Below, piece by piece: positions 1 to 11,245 of a DNA stretch of 64,000 nucleotides. The DNA lies in assembly GCF_006345805.1 (NCBI RefSeq), contig NW_021832413.1:1-64000 (forward strand). Direction: 5' to 3'. The notes under the pieces were generated by a model that did not search any database, was not told the DNA's origin, and saw nothing but the letters and a program-made list of their open reading frames with translations. Both the position numbers and the translations under genes were made by a program. This DNA is from Octopus sinensis (lineage: Eukaryota). Every line of letters starts with the position of its first letter. Position 1 is the first letter of the stretch.

Positions 1-281
1 TTTTTAATTTTTTTGGAGGGAAGGTTTAAAGTACCTTATCATGTGAGTAGAGGACATTTTTGTTCAATTTAAGCAATATTTTTGTCGATTTCTTGGCGGG
101 AAAGTTTTAAGGACCTCATCGTTGAAGATATTCTTGAGAATATTTTTGGAGAACCTCGTCATTTTTGGCTTGTTCCCCATTATTGGAAATTATAAGGGGA
201 AAGGATTTTGATAATTTATCTGTAGTTTGCTAATTTGATGTTGCACAGACAGACACACACCATACCATTTTTTAATTAAGA
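1..281 (-). mobile_element. Decayed 5' end of the satellite-bearing Helitron family (also at 25330-25677)
   Basis: Minus strand begins TCTTAATTAAAAAATGGTATGGTGTGTGTCTGTCTGTG, matching the 5' ends at 58864 and 48321. It is followed by about 2 degenerate ~96-bp units (GGAAGGTTT..AAG.ACCT.ATCATGT). Confidence 0.75.
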
Positions 282-416
282 AAATGGGCAAGATGAAAGA
301 ATTTTATAGACGTACTTTTACGGGGTTTGAGAAATCCACATAACTCAACCATTAAACTTTTTTCCATTATCGGAATGAATTGAGATTTTGATAGTTGCAT
401 CTTTAACCATTGCATA

Positions 417-967
417 CACTCCATGTAATAAAAAACCGGATTTTCAAGTTTGCATGTTTTTACTAGTATTTTTTTTTAATGTATATCAATTTTAATATTA
501 CTTTTCAGCAATCGTTTGTTGTATCTTTTTACCATTTTTAAAATTATAATTTATATTTGAATAATTGATCTTGATAAAATCTTAGCGTGTATTAACAAAC
601 CGGATTTTTTTTGATTAGTCTGTTGCTAAGCCAATTTTTAGGTATTTGAAAAAAATGCTTGATAAAATCACTAAAGGAAAGATTATAGCCCTCATTCAAT
701 TAAATTGAACACAAAAGAAGATTGTTGAGGAGCTGAATATTCCAACTTCGACTCTCAATGATTTTCTGAATAAGTTTTTTTAATCCAATTTTTTTTTACA
801 CAGAAAAAATTTAATATAGTCAGTTTAGCTGTACAAAAAGATTATTGAAAAATTATAAAAGAAAAGTTACGAAGATTATCATTATAAATTAAAAAAAGTC
901 TAAAATTAAAAACAGAATATCAAAAAAATTAAGCATTCGAAAATCCGGTTTTTTATTACATGGAGTG
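417..967 (+). mobile_element. Internally deleted Tc1/mariner derivative (MITE-like), 551 bp
   Basis: Perfect 29-bp TIRs CACTCCATGTAATAAAAAACCGGATTTTC (417-445 and 939-967) with flanking TA. It retains a transposase N-terminal remnant MLDKITKGKIIALIQLN*TQKKIVEELNIPTSTL, similar to the Tc1 at 21241. Confidence 0.92.
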
Positions 968-1149
968 TATTTCAAAATTTAATCGATAACAATTAGAATC
1001 TAAAATTTAATACTTAAAATAAATACTTAAGAATATCTCGATATTATTGACGTAATTGGTGTCTTAGTTTCCAGCATCATTTCGATTGTCAGAAAGTGTT
1101 AATTTTAAAATTAATTGTCGTAGCTGATAATTTGAAAGTCAGGATTCGC

Positions 1150-1290
1150 CAGTGGCCGCACCGCGGATTGCAAGCGAGTTACCTCACAAGATTGCTGTCG
1201 ATATCCTCTGGTACAGCCAGCAACCAGCTTTCAACAGAAGTCAGAAGGTGACTCTTGACATAAATCTCTGGTTCTCTCTAAACGCAGAAA
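1150..1290 (-). mobile_element. Degenerate CRE-like retroelement C-terminal remnant (copy at ~26546-26686)
   Basis: Minus-strand translation WLYQRISTAIL*GNSLAI resembles the C-terminal QRxSLAIVRGN motif of the element at 37570-40164. A second remnant (LDEIVRRTLNSAG) lies near 2440-2540. Confidence 0.45.
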
Positions 1291-3329
1291 ACACGCTTTG
1301 ATCGGAATTTCTGGCGGACACATTTTGCAATAACAAATTTGTAGAAAATGTCAGCTTCATCAGCTTTATAAAAATTTTCTACTTTGTACTTGTTAATTTT
1401 AGAGTTCAATAAATTTGATCAAAATTAGAAGTTTGGTGTCAATATAGAAAATTATTGATTTGGAAGAATCTGTGATTTTAGTTTCGCCGACTTTTTATAA
1501 AATTTATTTAAACAAAAAATTGATGAAAATAAAATAATTTGATCTAATTTTAGTATCAGGCTATTTTCATTTGATTTTAATAAGTTATTTAAAGGAGGAT
1601 TATCCAAGCCGTGACAATTATTTTTTACGGATTACAATGCTGAGCCAGAATATTTTGTGCCTCTGCTTGAGTCTACTTATTTAATGCTCAGATGAATTCC
1701 TAGGAACGGTTGAGAAATCATTTTTGCCTGGCCAGTTGAGTTAGTAGAAGGGACTATTAAGGAACTAGAGAAATCAAATTTTAAAATACAATTGAGAAAA
1801 AAATTATAAATAGGGAGAGTGACTCGCTAAATTGAGTAATTTTTTGGAGAAACTTTTACGGCAACTTCTTTTGGCCTAGAATTGTCTTTAAATGGCAAAA
1901 CAAGAAAGCGGCAAAAAGAGATCAAGAAAAATATCCCTTAGAGTGAAAAATATCAATTATTGAAAATAAAATGGCAATATACAAAATGAGAATCAGATTT
2001 GGAATCCAATTTCACAGTGAAGTGTTTAAAAACTAAAGGTATTCAAACATTTAATGTTTTTTTAACTTAATTTTTTAAATTAATAGAAAAAGAGCAAGGA
2101 TGCCAAGGAGCAACAAATTGTATTAAGATTTGCTCTTATAATTGCCAAAAAATATCCTGAAACAACCAGCTGGTCTCTTTGTTGTTGCACGTACTTTTTG
2201 AAGAAAATAATGCCGTTGGTCTTTGCCACAACGCGTGTCAATCAAACGTATTCATTAATTGCTGATCTTTCGCACTTTTCGACTTCTCTCGGCACTTTTA
2301 AGCGGTGCCAAAGAAACATACAGAGTTAACTGGATTAGATTTTTTGAAATAGTTCACATAAGTGACATCACAGACGAGATATCTATCCGTTCTAAAGAAA
2401 AGAGCCTAAACCTGTTTCCCGTCTGCGCGATCGAGACTCACAAGACTCACAAGGTATAGAACCCAAGCCTGCTGAGTTTAGAGTTCTCCTGACAATTTCG
2501 TCCAGCCCACTGAAAAATCTACCCGCAATCAGCCTGTACGAGAGAATGAAGTTTTTTTAGAATCAACAAGCATGAGGCAGGCACATTTTAACACCCAGAA
2601 AGATAAAATTTCCGATCTAGGTGGATTCGTGAAGGCCAACGAAATAGCACTAAGCCGAATGTGCCTGGCAAACAGTTTTCAAGGCTGCAAAATCAATTGG
2701 TCCTAACGAGAGCACAGAGTTTTTAAAACAGATTTACAATAAATTTCATCTCATTCTATTAAGTTCAGGAAAAAATAATTTTTAAGAAAAAGCGACACAA
2801 ATGATCCAGCAGGAGTTGCTTTTAGCAAAGGCTTTAAACAGTTTAAATTGATTTTTATCTAAAATCATACCTTTAAAAATTAGTTTTTGTAGATAATTTA
2901 ATTCTTGTGATACGTGCATGTTTATTTCGATTGAGCTCTGTGAAACTCTACCTAATGGCCTACCTACGAATCAATTAAAAAGAAAAGCTAATGAGAACGT
3001 AGATGAAGTGGCTCGAGGATTTCACACATGCAATGGGGTACAAAAATAGTACACTCCACCCGATAAAGATTTGGAAGAATATCTCTTGACTGTGCATAAT
3101 ATAACACAGGCTTTCAATGAAAGGTTTCAAACTACAAAGTAAATACTGAACGTGAAGACACTAGTCAGGAGTAGAGTGAAGGAGGACTCATTTCTGCCTG
3201 GTCATAAACCAGAAAATATGTCTCCCAAAACGGAAATCCCCCTTTTTATAATTGCTCAATTGAGTTTAATTCCCAAATTGTACAAGTGAAATTAATGTTG
3301 CGTGAATTGTGGACTCCGACTTTAAAGGC

Positions 3330-3725
3330 AATCAATTGAGGGACTACATTGAAGCATACAATTTGATCTTCGACAATCAAATGGGAATGAAAAGAATGTG
3401 CCCAGGAGTCAAACAGCAGGGATTGTTCAATCAATGTATCCATTAACAAAATGCGAATAACCTTTCTTCTGCGTGGATTGATGTAAAAGGGTTTTGACCC
3501 TGTTGGCCACGAATGAAAAGGGGGATTTTGCAGGGTGATTCTTTATCTCCAAAAATCTTTATGTTTGTTTTGGACTCCCTGAGTAGGATATTGAATACGA
3601 AATTTCCAAATGTGCTAGTGGACAATTTAGTCAATAGCGTTCAGGTATACTTGACAAACCACTTGTTATTCATGGACGACTTAAAAGTGTTTGTTCGGAA
3701 ATGCGTTTCTAAAATGAGGTGGTAA
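3330..3725 (+). mobile_element. R2/NeSL-like non-LTR reverse transcriptase remnant (copy at ~28730-29123)
   Basis: Frameshifted RT motifs NQMGMKRMCPGVKQQ, SAWIDVK, RGILQGDSLSP and NHLLFMDDLK, of the same type as the element at 50051-53300. Internally deleted. Confidence 0.85.
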
Positions 3726-4916
3726 GGTGCATTCACTTGCACATCTGCCGACAATATGGGAAAAATAGTCTAGGAAGTTGAAGGCCCACTCCGTTCAGTC
3801 GCCTGACTCTTAGTGCCATTCGAGGACAGAGCCCGATACGACTTCGGTTGATAAATTCTTGACTTGTCTGTATACGGGAAATTGTAGTTGAAAGTGATAA
3901 GTCAAGTGGAGGGGTATCTTTCCCTCCAAAGGGCAATGGAAGTGTCCTTCGATTCCCTCATCTCATGAAATATATTGTAGACGAGGTTACATGTCTAATC
4001 CAAGAACATGAGTGTCTAATCGAGGAGTGTCCCTTCCCTCTTCACCCACTACATGGTGTCGTGGTCCCTCAACATGGATTGCCAACTCTAATAATCGCCT
4101 GAACATGTCCGTCGCCGTCGAGAGGCTCATTAGTGGACTCGACAAGAAGATAGTCTTCGAGAGTGGCTGTTTGTGCCTGTCGAGTGTGTGGTAGTGGATG
4201 AGCTAATAGACAGTATGCAGGTACTGTTCGAGTTGTGCACTGACAAATGGTGTGGATTGACTGAATAGTGTCACGGACATCATTTTTGTCATCATCGAGG
4301 ACGACTGGCAGACTACATCAAGCTATGTGACCCCAATCCTTTCCTTGAGAGACTCGGAGAGCACATGTTGTTGGCCTATGTTGAGGCATTGTACCTCAAG
4401 AGTGACATATTTGAGTTGGAAGAACAGGACTGTGAGGGCAGAGGCAGTGGGGATGGTCCAGTCTGATGTGGAAAAGTTCGAGAGGTTGTTTGCGAGGCTG
4501 GACGGGGGGAAAGGACTGCCTCTTCTTTCCAGTTTTTGAATGACTTGGTGAGACTGTTAAAGCAGGATGACAGGTCGTTCATAGAGATCACAGTTATGTC
4601 GTGTGTTATGTGTTTATTAAGTTCTGTGAAATTTATTAAATGCTGATTAAAGCTAGAAAAAATAATAGAAGATTCATATTCTTCAATTTTTCATGAATTA
4701 ACTTACTTATTAACATTTTGTTTAGCTATTCTATTTTTATATTCAATATATACATCAACGATTCTGTGATCAGTACAATCATTTAAAAAAATCAAAGGTC
4801 AACAAATACCCTTTCCTAATAAAACAGTGCAGTCCAATTTTGATTTGGAACGGTCTTTAGGCTGAGATATCTCAGTTTTAGAAACACTTTGTAGGATCTC
4901 TGCCTAGAATCAATAA

Positions 4917-5200
4917 TTGCTTTTGAATGAAAACTTCGATTTACAACAAAATTTACCTGTGGAAACATTATTCCAAAAGTTTCAGTCTGAAACAACAACT
5001 TACGATATTTTTAAAACATTTGATAGTAAAGTTTTCGACATTTTTTTAACAATTACAGCTCAAAAATATTCAGGAGTTGATTTTGATATTTTGAGTCATA
5101 CTTCAGACCATTTTGGCACCCTTGATGGGGCTAGTTTCATTGGTGCGAGCCCAAATTAACATGAAACATTTAAATGGCTGTATGAGAGACTTCTTATCGT
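4917..5200 (+). pseudogene. Possible glycosyltransferase (GT32/DxD-like) fragment; second copy at ~20640-20920
   Basis: Weak motif resemblance only: KYSGVDFDI and FIGASPN*HETFKWL. Contains an in-frame stop. Confidence 0.25.
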
Positions 5201-5269
5201 TTCAAGAATGATCCCATGTACGTACAGGACTTGAATACAAGTATAATCATATTCCTCCATTTTAGAGTA

Positions 5270-5762
5270 CACTAGGTGCAAAAAAAACCGTTTTTTAAAT
5301 ACGGCATATTTTGCAAAGATAACCGTGATTTTTCTTTGTCGATATCGAAAGGGATCATTAAATTAACCCTAAATCAATTTTGTTATATTTTGTTTGTATT
5401 GTGTTATATGTCTAAATTAAACATTTTAATTACACGAGCGCAATAAAAAACTTTATTCTGGTGAGTGTGATATTTTTTTACTTTTTTTAGAATTTTAACC
5501 CTTGATAAAATTACGAATGCTTGATGTAATAACAAAAGGAAAGATTCTAAGTTTGAATGCGTTAAATTGGACCACTAAAAAAATATCTGACGAGCTTAAT
5601 ATTTCGCGATCAACTATCGCTGACTTCATCTGAAAATTCATTAAATATGGTACGACTGAAAGAATGAAAAATTCGGGGAGACCAAAAATTCTTAATAAGG
5701 ACGATATCCTTATTTTACTCAACCTGGTTAAAGAGGACCTCCAAAAAAAAGCTGATTGCTTA
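5270..5762 (+). mobile_element. 5' part of a Tc1-like transposon, truncated
   Basis: TA followed by CACTAGGTGCAAAAAAAACCG terminus, identical to 20993. Transposase start MLDVITKGKILSLNALNWTTKKISDELNISRSTI. Sequence breaks at 5762. Confidence 0.88.
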
Positions 5763-6200
5763 TGGAAACTAGGATCTTTATGTTTGATTTTGTTCAGAAA
5801 TGAGATCATATTATTCGTTAATATGTTAACATGCAAAGCTCCACCAATCTTCTCTTTTATCAAAACCAAATTAATAAATCCAATATTGATTATGGCATGA
5901 TAGTTCATGATAGTTCCTTTACCGAATTTTACTGTTTTTGTAAGATTGTTTGTTAAATATTTTTCCTTGCGATTTCTCGATACTAAAGTTCTTACATCAC
6001 TATTTTACATATTAAATTTACTTTCATCACTTAAAATAACTCGCTCCCAAAATATTTCGAGAGCATATTGCATGTTTGGCATAGCTTTAATCATTGAAGT
6101 TTAGGGTTTTTAGTAAAAAGTGGTCTTTTCGTGGGTGGATATGCATTCAGACCAATTTTTTCGTGGTATTTCTTATTGTTTGAGCTGTTACTGATTTCCC
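5763..6200 (-). mobile_element. Degenerate Tc1-like transposase of another family, joined tail-to-tail to the element at 5270-5762
   Basis: Minus strand gives EIFWERVILSDESKFN (first catalytic-D motif), TVKFGKGTIM and GGALHVNILTNNM. Confidence 0.75.
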
Positions 6201-6548
6201 TTTTTTTGTAAATGTTTTGGTAAATTTAAAACAGTTGAAATTGGCATCCACTTTTCAAGCTTCTTTAATTTTATTTTTGTTCACTGTAGCATGTCCAGTT
6301 TTTATTTTTGTTCACTGTAGCTTGTTCATGGTTATAGGTTTTTGTTTGTTTTCCTACTATTTATTAATTATCCAACAAATCCGAATTGAACAATTTTTAA
6401 TTATATTTTTTCTAAAATACACAACTAGTATCTTCTTTTTATCTAAACGAGGTGCAACATTACATTTTCTACAAACTTCAACAAAAAATTTAAAAATTGT
6501 CTCAGAGTTATACAAACAATAAATCATTTTTTTATTTAAAAAAACAAG

Positions 6549-6959
6549 TTATGTTTTTTCACCTCGAATTCTTCTCGATAAATGCATATCGTTTGGCATT
6601 ATAGTTACTCTTTTTCCGTGAATTGCGCACAAATTACTGTCTTCAAAAATTCCAACTAGGTAACTCTCTGCCGCTTCTTGGAGAGCGACAATCGCTGACG
6701 ATTGAAAACGCAAATCAGTTTTGATAAACTGAGCGGTTTCTCTCACGAGTCTCTGGAATGGAAGTTTTCGTAGTAACAAATCAGTGCTCTTTTGATATCG
6801 TCTAATTTCTCGCATTGCAACAACTCCAGGTCGAAATCGATGAGGTTTCTTTACTCCTCCAAATTGTGAAACAGACTTGCGAGCAGATTTTGCAGACAAC
6901 TGTTTCCTTGGTACTTTTGCACCAGTAGATTTTCGAGCCGTTTGTTTTGTTCTAGCCAT
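6549..6959 (-). CDS. H3: Histone H3, highly divergent intronless variant (136 aa)
   Basis: Full-length [16 protein letters not shown]...KKPHRFRPG...[19 protein letters not shown]...[14 protein letters not shown]...RRIRGE, collinear with canonical H3 with about 30 substitutions. Confidence 0.97.
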   Translation of the reverse strand: MARTKQTARKSTGAKVPRKQLSAKSARKSVSQFGGVKKPHRFRPGVVAMREIRRYQKSTDLLLRKLPFQRLVRETAQFIKTDLRFQSSAIVALQEAAESYLVGIFEDSNLCAIHGKRVTIMPNDMHLSRRIRGEKT

Positions 6960-7274
6960 ATTTTATTATTTCAGAAAACAATGACAATGCCAGTATAGTA
7001 AAAAAAGACATCATTCCGAAATTTTTTCGAGTGATGCAAAAAAGTATTATTCCGAAAATTTTTTGGTTAAATTACTCATCATTATTTTTTTATCTTCAAT
7101 CAATTATTAATGTTAAAAAATTTGGAATATAGTTATACAGTGTAAGAAAAACTGATGGCAATCCTGTTTCCCCTCACTATTGCAACATTATATAATAAAA
7201 AAGTATTATTCCAAAATTTTTTTAAAAAGTAGCATTCCGAATTTTTTGAGAGGAATAATTTGTAATAGTAGATA

Positions 7275-9209
7275 CAGTAAAACCTCTGGTGCTCGCCACC
7301 TCTGTTACTCGCCACCTCTATTGCTCGCCACATATTTTTCAAAAAATTAAAAATTTCTAGTAAATTTTGATAAATATTCTATTGCTCGCCATTTTCTAAA
7401 TCTCGCCATTAATTTTTAAAAATATTTTTTTTGGTTAAACTATTTTTTATATAAAATATTTCAACCACGCTAAATTTAACATGCGTAAGTGCACAAGATT
7501 GTCTTTTAATGAAAAACGTCGCATTATTGCGTACATGGAGGAGAACAAAAGTCTCACGATGGACCGTATAGCTTACATTTTTTCTTCTGTTTTGAAGAAA
7601 AAAATATCTCGAAGGGCTGTGAACGATTTAAGACTTGGAAAAGAGAAAATAATGTCCACTGATCCTATTTTCTCCAATAAGAAGAGATTATCTAACTTAA
7701 CTTATTCTGTTATTGACACCGAACTATTAACTTGGATGGAATACATTGAGCTTAGAGGGGGGTTTCTGGACGATAATTCAATTTTGTTGAAAGCAAAGAA
7801 CATTGCTAATATTTATGGAATTAAAGAGTTTAAAGCCAGCAATGGATGGCTAAGCAAGTTCAAGATACGGAACAACTTAAAATTGAGGACTTTACATGGA
7901 GAATCAGGATCTATTGCAGTTGATCAGAAACAAGAAATTGATGCATTTACTTCTTTGATCTCTGCAAAGATTCAACAATATAATGCTGAAAACATTTATA
8001 ACGCTGATGAAACTGGGATTTTTTACAAATCTATCCCTTCAAAAAGTGTTTGTCAGAAGGTTCGACATGGACATAAAATCCTTAAAGAACGGTTTAATTT
8101 TTATTTATTTTTTAGATTTTCTTTGTTGCTATGCTCAAATATGACCGGGACAGACAAAAAAATTCCACTTATGATTGGAAAGTTCCAGAAACCTCGCTGC
8201 TTTAAAAATTTTAAAGTCGAAAATTTTGTCGATTACTGTCATTCACCAAAAGCATGGATGACAAGTAAAATTTTTAACGAATGGCTTCTAACATGGGATA
8301 GGCATCTAAAAAAACGAAAAATTCTTTTAGTTGTGGATCGATGCCCATCCCATAAACTTTACGCTGATTTACAGTCAATTGAAGTTCTTTACCTACCTTC
8401 GAAGACTACAACAATTCTACAGCCAATGGATCAAGGAATCATTAGATCCTTCAAAGGACATTTTAATAAACTTAAATTTGAGTTAATGTTAGAAAAAATT
8501 GAAAATGGAGAAAATCCACTGGAAGCTCATAAAAAAATAACTTTAAAAGACAGTCTTCTTTTCACATATTTTGCCTGGAAAAAAGTAACGACCAAAACAA
8601 TTGCAAATTGTTTCGGACATTCAAAATGGATCGAATGTGAAAATCAATTCGAAAGACCAACTGTTGAAATTGATAATTATGATCAAATGGTAAATATCTT
8701 GAAAATATTGGACCCGGTGGATAAAGATGATTTTATTAATCATGAATTTACCGAAATAGATGAAATTGAAGATTACCTTAATATTGCTGGAGATTCTTTT
8801 CCACACAAATATGACGATGAAGATACTCATAATGACGAATCTCATGTGACTTCAGAAGAGGCTTTGAAAATGTTGAAAAAAATAAAGTCATTCTTTTATC
8901 AAAATGAAAATTTTGATATAAATTCGTTGGAACTAATCGAAACCGTTATTAAAAATATGGCTGAATTAAAAAAAACTATTAAAGATTTTTTTAGTTAATT
9001 TTTTCCTTTTAATTTCTTTCGATTCTCTTTGTTTCTTTGCTCAAATATGACTTGGAAGGCTCACTTATGATCGGAAAGTATCGAAAACGGAGATGTTTTC
9101 AAAATTTCAATGTCAACAAATTTATTGATTATTTCTATTGCTCGCCAAATTCTATTGCTCGCCATTTTTTCTTCGGTCCCGAAAATGGCGAGCACCAGAG
9201 GTTTTACTG
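7275..9209 (+). mobile_element. Full-length pogo/Tigger-like DNA transposon (1935 bp)
   Basis: Perfect TIRs CAGTAAAACCTCTGGTGCTCGCCA (7275-7298 and 9186-9209), TA TSD at 7273-7274 and 9210-9211, and repeated subterminal TCGCCA motifs. A paralogous empty site lies at 16063. Confidence 0.97.
7481..8998 (+). CDS. Tigger/pogo transposase (CENP-B-type HTH plus DDE_1) with a probable 24-nt intron at 8092-8115
   Basis: Motifs FKASNGWLSKFK, YNADETG, LLVVDRCPSH and LQPMDQGII. Removing GTTTAATTTTTATTTATTTTTTAG restores the family-like KERFSLLLCSN. Confidence 0.93.
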   Translation: MRKCTRLSFNEKRRIIAYMEENKSLTMDRIAYIFSSVLKKKISRRAVNDLRLGKEKIMSTDPIFSNKKRLSNLTYSVIDTELLTWMEYIELRGGFLDDNSILLKAKNIANIYGIKEFKASNGWLSKFKIRNNLKLRTLHGESGSIAVDQKQEIDAFTSLISAKIQQYNAENIYNADETGIFYKSIPSKSVCQKVRHGHKILKERFNFYLFFRFSLLLCSNMTGTDKKIPLMIGKFQKPRCFKNFKVENFVDYCHSPKAWMTSKIFNEWLLTWDRHLKKRKILLVVDRCPSHKLYADLQSIEVLYLPSKTTTILQPMDQGIIRSFKGHFNKLKFELMLEKIENGENPLEAHKKITLKDSLLFTYFAWKKVTTKTIANCFGHSKWIECENQFERPTVEIDNYDQMVNILKILDPVDKDDFINHEFTEIDEIEDYLNIAGDSFPHKYDDEDTHNDESHVTSEEALKMLKKIKSFFYQNENFDINSLELIETVIKNMAELKKTIKDFFS

Positions 9210-9299
9210 TAATTAAAATATTTCTTAATAAAATAAAACAATAAAGTAAAACGAGAAAGTTATAAATTAGTTAATGTCATGAGGAAATTATTATTATAA

Positions 9300-9640
9300 T
9301 ACATTCCGTAGGAACATTAACAAAGTTATAATCCGACACGTGTCACAAGCAAAACAATCTTCTGTTCCTTGCTCGTCCATGCCCCTCTGTTGCGGGCGAA
9401 ATCCCGCAAAGATTTTAGGTCGTCCCAGTTTTTGAAACTTTTGCCATGAAGTTTGAGATCCCTTTCAAGAACTGCCGGAAGAGTGGATCTAGATCTTCCA
9501 CGATATTTGTCTCCATGTTCGGAAAAATAATCATCCATTGCCCGATTGGTCGGAGCTCTGGGGTCCATTCGCAAAATATTAATAAATAATTTCCACCGGC
9601 CTCTAACGATTTCACCGACCTTCCGCGAGCTTGGTTCGAA
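9300..9640 (-). mobile_element. RTE-like non-LTR element, 3' end remnant
   Basis: GRWKLFINILRMDPRAP...RGRSRSTLPAVLERDL...ARNRGAW is the typical C-terminal tail of RTE ORFs. Confidence 0.7.
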
Positions 9641-10130
9641 ATGCCCACATTGAAAATCTTATCATAAGACAGTCACCCATTTGGCAACTCGATGCAATAG
9701 AATGCTTAATTCCGAGTAAACAAGGCGACATAACGAAATTTTAAATGCATACACATGCACCTATGCAGAAAATTTGGATTCAAAAATCAAAAAGGTTAAA
9801 GACTCACTCTATCCAAAGAGTTGACACTACTATCCTTAGTTAATTTACTAAATAATTAAGATTAATTTATTCAAGTTTAATGCAACTTGGGTCACTCGTC
9901 TTCTGAAAAAGTTAAATTTGTTGACTTAAATAGCAATATCAAAAAAATGACAATTTGGGAAATTAATTATTTTAAAAATAAAATGAATAACAACGTCATT
10001 AAGAAATGCCAAATCGCATAAAAAAAGCTCATTCGAAACGTAAAGAAAAAAAGTAAATTTACAAAAAATAACACTTATAGATGAATTAAAACACAACACT
10101 GATCACCAACCCGTAATAGCGACCACTCCA

Positions 10131-10817
10131 ATGCAGTTAAGCATTATTGAACTCCAAAAACAAGCCCGTAAACAGATGACCGTACAGGAGAAACTTCTGG
10201 AAGTAGTGGACAGTTTTGACGTTCTGTCCCAATCAGAGGCCAACTACTTAGTCCTAGACCAGAAATTACTTGACAGAGCTAAAATAATCGAAAATCCACC
10301 AACATATGCCCCTTCAGAACACAGCCTTAGTCTTGAATCTATCGAAGCTCCAATTCAAAGAAAGCCTTACAAACCTTATGTTAAACCACATTCAACAAGC
10401 GCGTTTATACTTTCCTCAATTATATTTAGTATAATTTGTATGTTTATATTTTAGCTGTAATCGCACTTTTGGTTCACCATAACGCATTCAGACCACAAAT
10501 GAACGACATTAAGCCTATTGAACAGCTTTGTGAAAAAATGTCTCTACATATATTGATCACAAATAACCAAGTGAATGTCACATATATGAAGGCTCTGAAT
10601 GCTGGATAATTGGAATATGAGACTTCAGATGTCAACGAACTTAGTTATTTTATTTAATATAAAAAATGTCGGAATATTTGGACCTGGATATTTTCTTGTT
10701 AATAGAAATGATAAAGAGGGAACAAACTACATAATGCATAGATTTATTGGAAAATATGAATATCCGATGGAATTTGTGGAAATAGTTTGCAACAAATATT
10801 TGTTGCCTTTTAAGTAA
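10131..10817 (+). pseudogene. Unidentified, frameshifted putative membrane-protein coding region
   Basis: ORF 10131-10454 ends in a hydrophobic stretch (AFILSSIIFSIICMFIF) that continues after a frameshift (LAVIALLVHH). A further ORF lies at 10599-10817. No recognised family. Confidence 0.3.
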
Positions 10818-11245
10818 ATTACTTTTTGATGTAAAAATAAATTTATCTGAAAAATTATCTTTTATAAATACAGATAAGCTGTTTTTAATCCAAATATTTT
10901 TTTTGACTTTAAATCAGTTCGACTCCCTCGAGCAACCATCTTGTTGTATAGGCGTCAAAAATAATTCAGTACCAGTCTCTTGTTTTTTACAATAAAAAAT
11001 TCTGTTCTGTTAATTGTCATTTTATAATATTTATCTTTACAGAGGGTAGATAAAGACCGCCCAGTCCCTGCATTTTACTAAAAAAGTAAATTTACTACTA
11101 AAATTAAATTTGTTAAATTTTACTAAGAAGGAAGGAAATTATAAAAAGAACACACGTAGAAAGAAGGAAATTATAAACAACGTGGAAGGAAGTAAATTAT
11201 AGAAAAACTGTATAAATAAATAAAACTGCGATAAAATATGCACAA

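Larger units (their letters stand above)
1..4618 (+). repeat. Segmental duplication A, copy 1 (runs off the window start)
   Basis: Collinear and near-identical to 25397-30017 (offset 25396-25399; e.g. identical ORFs 2259-2459 and 27655-27855). Similarity stops at ...GTGTTTATT (4618/30017). Confidence 0.97.
4617..5762 (+). repeat. Segmental duplication B, copy 1
   Basis: Near-identical to 20339-21486 from TTAAGTTCTGTGAAA to AAAGCTGATTGCTTA. Confidence 0.96.

Noticed and set aside
5495-5908. 137-aa ORF as a real gene
   Set aside because: It is a chimera across the 5762 junction: Tc1 remnant in frame, followed by the antisense strand of another Tc1.
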